From Anthoceros angustus (Eukaryota > Plantae > Anthocerotophyta), in NCBI GenBank assembly GCA_010909165.1, contig MU008173.1:558001-622000 (forward strand): DNA of 64,000 nt, read 5' to 3'. Shown here one piece after another: positions 59,286-64,000 of this stretch. How positions within the stretch are numbered: position 1 is the stretch's first letter; every line of letters starts with the position of its first letter. The position numbers and the translations under genes were made by a program. The notes beneath the pieces were generated by a model. The model did no database searches. It saw only the letters and a program-made list of their open reading frames with translations, and was not told the DNA's origin.

Positions 59286-62200
59286 TGACGGCTCCAAGGC
59301 GAAGGCATGATGACTCAGGGCTCGCGTAGGAGCCCTCGAAAAGTCTTCGCAGCATCCTCAACAGACTTCCACAAGATGACTTGCAAGGACACTGAACACA
59401 AGGGAAAGAAAGGAGTAGCAAGTATAGCACTGGACCCTACAAAGGAAGAACTGAAGGCCTATATGAAGATTCCCCTCCTAGTGGATTCAGATGATGAGGC
59501 CTACATGGAGAGGGAATGGGGAGTCAAGCTTGCTCAGAAGAGCATGAAGAAAGCTAAGAGTGAGCAAGAGAAGAAGCTCAGCAAAAGTGGTAGCGAGGGC
59601 GTACGTGGAGCGGTGCGGGGAGCAGGATCGGGCCGGATGCACAGCGTTGTAGGGCCCGGCAGAGGCATTCGTTAGGCCCTTGCGGTCGCCCTCGGCCGCT
59701 GTGCAAGCGCGGGCGCGGGCCCCGCGGCGACCTAGGGCCGGCCCACGCGGTGGCCTAGGGCTAGGCCGCCTTACAGCGATTTGGGGCCGGCGGGGTTTGC
59801 TTGGGCGTGCGGTGCACCTCGATCATGTGGACCTCACAGGAATTAAGCCTTACTCGCTTAGGGTTAATTATCGGGTTATTTATATTTAGGTTTTATTATC
59901 TAAGGGTCATCTAGTGAAGAGGCACCTAGTGCATATATAGACATACTTTAAACACTTTTTGTATTTCATTCATTCATTCTTGTCAATTGTCTTATGTTCT
60001 TTTCTCTCCTGCTCTTCCTTTCTGGTCATGTCCTATTGTCATGTCCAATAATCGTCATAGTATCAGAGCCATGAGCATATACGATGGTTATTGATTCCTA
60101 TGTCCAAGTTTGTAGATATCGGTACCTTGACCGATCATGGAATTTATCAAGCTTTTATTTACAAACTTTGCCATCGTACACACTTCCGCTGCCTCGCAGG
60201 ATGAGAAGCTAAGAATCTAATTTCTATGAGCTAATATCTGGACAAGTAAGAAGAGCATCTGGGAATTCAACAGAATTCAGCACCATCTCCAGATGCTGGC
60301 TGAATCTTGTCGAAGACCCTGCTTCCCTTCCTGCAAATCAGAGTTAGCCTAATTTCTATGGCTTATGCTACTAATCTGGAATGATTATCCAGACGCACAA
60401 CCTGTACAGAATATTGCTGTAGTATGTACTCTAAAAAATGCCTAGACGCAAAAACAGGCAGGCCACAAGGCCATCATTTTCTGGTCAACCCAAACCTGAT
60501 GGAGTGCCTGCAGGATATACAGCGAATGGCAATTGTCAGCAACAATCACCATCACAGCCAATTCAACTACAAGACTGTGCACTAGTGAAATTGACAGATC
60601 TTACCAGGTTGGAACATAAACTGCAAGTTTTGAGTGACCAGTTGTCGCGCCTACTTCTCATTGAGAAATCAGCATCTGTATTTGCCAGAAGAAATGATTT
60701 TGAGTGTGAGATGTATAGACCACGTCAGGATTTCTCCCGGCCAGATTCCGGATGTTTGACTAGCAGCTCGAGATTCCAACTGTGGTGAAGAGTCACAGGC
60801 TGTAGAGGGGAAAGGCACACGTGGATGCGCCTGTTCTGCTTCTGTACAGGTCTCGTGACATTCCATATCCTACTTGTCAACCGTTTTTAGGGTTAGTTCA
60901 TTTAAACAATGTTTTTGAACTCATATCCCTAACGGGATACCGTTCGATAGGGAGAGAGGGGAGGGGAGGGGAGGGGAGGGGAGGGGAGGGGAGGAGGGGA
61001 GGGGAGGGTGGTGGGGTTTGTGTCTTACTTACTTGTTAGCGCTTAGCACCTCTTCACCTCAGTTGGTGCCTCCTCCTATCACATCCGCCTGTTTCCCCTT
61101 GCTGCTCAAAACATCACAGACTCTCTAGCAATGTCGGCGCAGCATCCTCCCCCTCCTCCACCAGTGCCTAGATCTTTTACACCTGTCTTCACGTCTGAGT
61201 TAAAAGAAAAAGACAGGTTCACTGGACAAAAATATGAGCTATGGAAGGTGAGGATGAAGTCCACTCTGCTTGCTAGAAACGTCTGGGGATATGCTGATGG
61301 TTCTATTCCAGAACCAGCATCTACAGCAACCAAGGGAGAAAAGGATCATTGGGCATATGCCAACAGCATATGCATGGCCCTCCTCATTGCTGGTCTTTCT
61401 GAAGACCTCCTCCCCGACATAGAGTTCCTTACCAAGGCAAGTCAAATATGGCAACAGCTTGCTGATACTTATCAAGTGCGCAATGTCATGACGTTATGTG
61501 CACTTCGCTTGGAATTCTATGGACTGAAATTGAAAGAAGTGGATAAGGTACTTACACATTGCAACAAGTTCCGTCACTTGCGAGCTCAACTTGCTGCTGT
61601 AGGCACCAAAATGGATGAGATTGATGCAGTGGCTCAATTGCTTACGAGCCTCCCTCCCAGCTACCAGAATTTCGTATCTTCACATAATGCTCCCATTAGA
61701 ACAGCAAATGTTGTTGTTGCTGCTGGACAGGCCTCTCCACTCACCCTTGACGGGGTGATAGGCGCGTTATACCAGGAAGAGCAAAGCAGGCTCATGTCAG
61801 GGTCTGGATCCAAGTCCAAAGTTGACAAAGTGTTTTCTGCTTCCCGTGGTAAACCATTCCAGAGGGGCAGACCAAGACATGTGATAGGTACACATCCTCC
61901 TCGCCGTGAGACTCGCCATGAGGCCGGTCCGTCAACTATTAAGCGTCAGGGCACATGTAACTGGTGTGGTATCCCTGGACACTGGGCGAAGGAATGCCAT
62001 AAGAAGAGAGCTGGTGAACCTTAGAAGGCTCCCAAATCTGCATCCACTGCCACTGTTAGAGAACAACCTACTAAACCAGTGGTAAAAATATTGACTATAT
62101 CTCTTACTTCCTCGACACATGACAGATCTTCCTGGTTCCTAGATTCTGGAGCCACAGCACATATTTGTCGTGATGCATCTCAGTTCACCAGTCTTCAACT

Positions 62201-63374
62201 CACATCAAGTGTGGAGCGTGTCTACCTGGGTGATGAACAGAACGACACCAGTTTGCAGATCCTCGGTCAAGGTTGCTGCAAATTCAGACTGCATGATGAG
62301 ACTGTCCTTACCTTACCTGATGTCCTATATGTGCCTCGTATGGCTAAGAACTTGTTGTCATTGAGCAAGTTGATGAAGACTCAGCAGTTTCTCCTCCAAG
62401 TTTCAGATACCTCTTGCTATTTCTATAAGAGATCTGCCCATTCTGTATGTGTGCTCCGAGCTTATCCTGAACAGGATTTGTATCTCCTCGACATCAAGTG
62501 TATCGTCAGTACTTCTCATCAGGCTCATTCTGCAAGTGTAGGAAACCTTTCAGCTCAACAACAAGCAGTCCTATGGCATGCACGTTTGGGTCATGTGAAT
62601 CGTACCACCCTTATTTCTATGAGCAAGGATGATGGTTACCGTGAACCCTTACCCTCTTGCCTCAAGGATCTGCCACTTTGTGAGACATGTGCATTGGCTA
62701 AACAGAAGGAACTCCCTTTTCCTCACACCCCTGCTCACAGATCTTCACGGCTGCTTGAGCTAGTTCACGCTGATATCTCTGGCCGCCTCCAGGTTTCTTC
62801 ACTTGGGGGGGCAGACTATTATCTAACTATTACTGATGACTACAGCCGATACACATGGACATTCCCCATGCATAAGAAAAGTGACACCTTTCTCTTATTT
62901 AAGGACTGGTTAGTCACTGTACAACGACAGACTGGTTGTCTTTTGAAACTGTTCAGGCCTGATAATGGCACTGAATTTGTGAACAATGCTTTTTCCACTT
63001 TCCTGGAATCACAAGGCGTTATACATCAGCTCATTGTGCCATATACGCAGCAGCAGAATGGTGTTGCAGAACGTAAGAATCAGACACTTATGGGAATGAC
63101 AAGAGCTATGATATTATGGTCAGGCTTACCATCTCCATATTGAGCCGAAGCAGTAGTCACTTCCACATACATCCTAAACAGATTGCTGACCAGCTCTCTT
63201 AATTCCAAGACACCATATGAGCTTTTCTGGGACAGAAAGCCTAGCTTGCTGCATCTTAGGGTATTTGGTTCTAAAGCTTTTGCCTACATACCTTCTGAGA
63301 AGAGACTCAAGCTTGATAACCGATCTCGCAGCCTTATTTTCATTGGTTATAGCGAAAATGTGAAGGCTTATAAA
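59286..63374 (+). mobile_element. Copia retrotransposon 5' part (candidate LTR ~59286-60057, PBS 60058-60070, gag-protease-integrase 61131-63374)
   Basis: PBS-like tagtatcagagcc. Contains FTGQKYELWK, CNWCGIPGHWAKEC, WFLDSGATAHIC, LWHARLGH, LELVHADI, DDYSRYTW, DNGTEF and QQNGVAERKN. In-frame stops at 62022 and 63141. The LTR left edge is uncertain. Confidence 0.9.
60951..61017 (+). repeat. (GGGGA)n purine microsatellite with G-quadruplex potential in the Copia leader
   Basis: gagagggaggggaggggaggggaggggaggggagggaggaggggaggggagggtggtgggg. Confidence 0.85.
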
Positions 63375-64000
63375 TGATAAAATAGCTTACTATTAGGGCA
63401 CTCTTCACTAGGGCACCTAGGACTTAATAATTAATTTAGTCCTTAGGGCTCTAGGTAGTTTCTTATAGTAGTTATTTAATTGGTTAGTTGTTACAACCAC
63501 TTATTGGTTACAACTACCTTGCCTACATAAAGGCATGTACTTTCTATTATGAATGTAATGCAACACATATTGCTAGAGCTTGTGTATGATTCTCATCATG
63601 GTATCGAGCACACTTGCTCTTTGTTTGCTTGTGCATCCTCATGCATCTAAGTAGCTTATCTAGGAGACACTTTCTAATCTAGCATTTGCCTAGATGGATT
63701 GTGTTTATCCTAGAATTGCTATCTTTGCATGCATTCTTTTATGCTAACATTTCTCTTCTAACAATGCTTTTATGCACTAATTCTTTGTTCTTCCTCCATG
63801 GATTTGTGTTCCTTAGAAGGAGAAGGCATAGAGTTAAGAAGAGAAGTAGTCTGCAAGACAACAAGAACAAATTAGGAGCCCAACACATAGAAGCAATAGA
63901 AGACAACAAGCTATAGAGGGAGAGATAGGAGAAACCTCCTCTTGTATAGCAAACTTCATTGCATCTATTTTAATTTCTAAACCGGATCAAGGGAAGTTTA
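63375..64000 (+). mobile_element. Second LTR element nested in the Copia integrase: 5' LTR 63375-63598 plus PBS
   Basis: The integrase frame breaks abruptly at TGATAA..., and the segment ends ...TCATCA followed by tggtatcgagc (tRNA-Met PBS-like). Confidence 0.75.

Noticed and set aside
62022-62024. In-frame TAG between Copia gag and pol as programmed read-through
   Set aside because: The context TAG-AAG-GCT is not a known read-through signal. A second stop (likely TGG>TGA at 63141) indicates ordinary deamination decay, so CAG>TAG is the simpler explanation.

Overview
This is eukaryotic, land-plant nuclear DNA. It is compact and gene-dense with mostly 80-150 bp introns; a bryophyte such as a hornwort is plausible, but the taxon is only inferred. 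Genes, left to right: the 3' end of coatomer alpha (COPA); an EUL (Euonymus/ricin-B) lectin; a quinone oxidoreductase pseudogene; a decayed tRNA-Leu; two divergently oriented plasma-membrane H+-ATPases (AHA, both ending YTV); a NUP42/CG1-like CCCH nucleoporin; two more EUL lectins; ERdj2/SEC63; an NPK1/ANP MAPKKK; RMI1; chloroplast FtsY; and RPL7A. Between them lie decayed Copia, Gypsy, PIF/Harbinger, RLE-type LINE and possible Helitron remnants, plus several minisatellites. There is no CRISPR array, rRNA or intact tRNA. I found no self-contained novel molecular system. The most striking pattern is all-or-none intron content. NUP42, NPK1, RMI1, cpFtsY and the QOR pseudogene are intronless, while neighbouring AHA, ERdj2, RPL7A and EUL genes keep multi-exon structures. 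RMI1 carries three compensating 1-bp homopolymer deletions, which suggests residual assembly errors, so frameshift-based calls in this window need caution. Exon boundaries were read by eye and may be off by a few bases.
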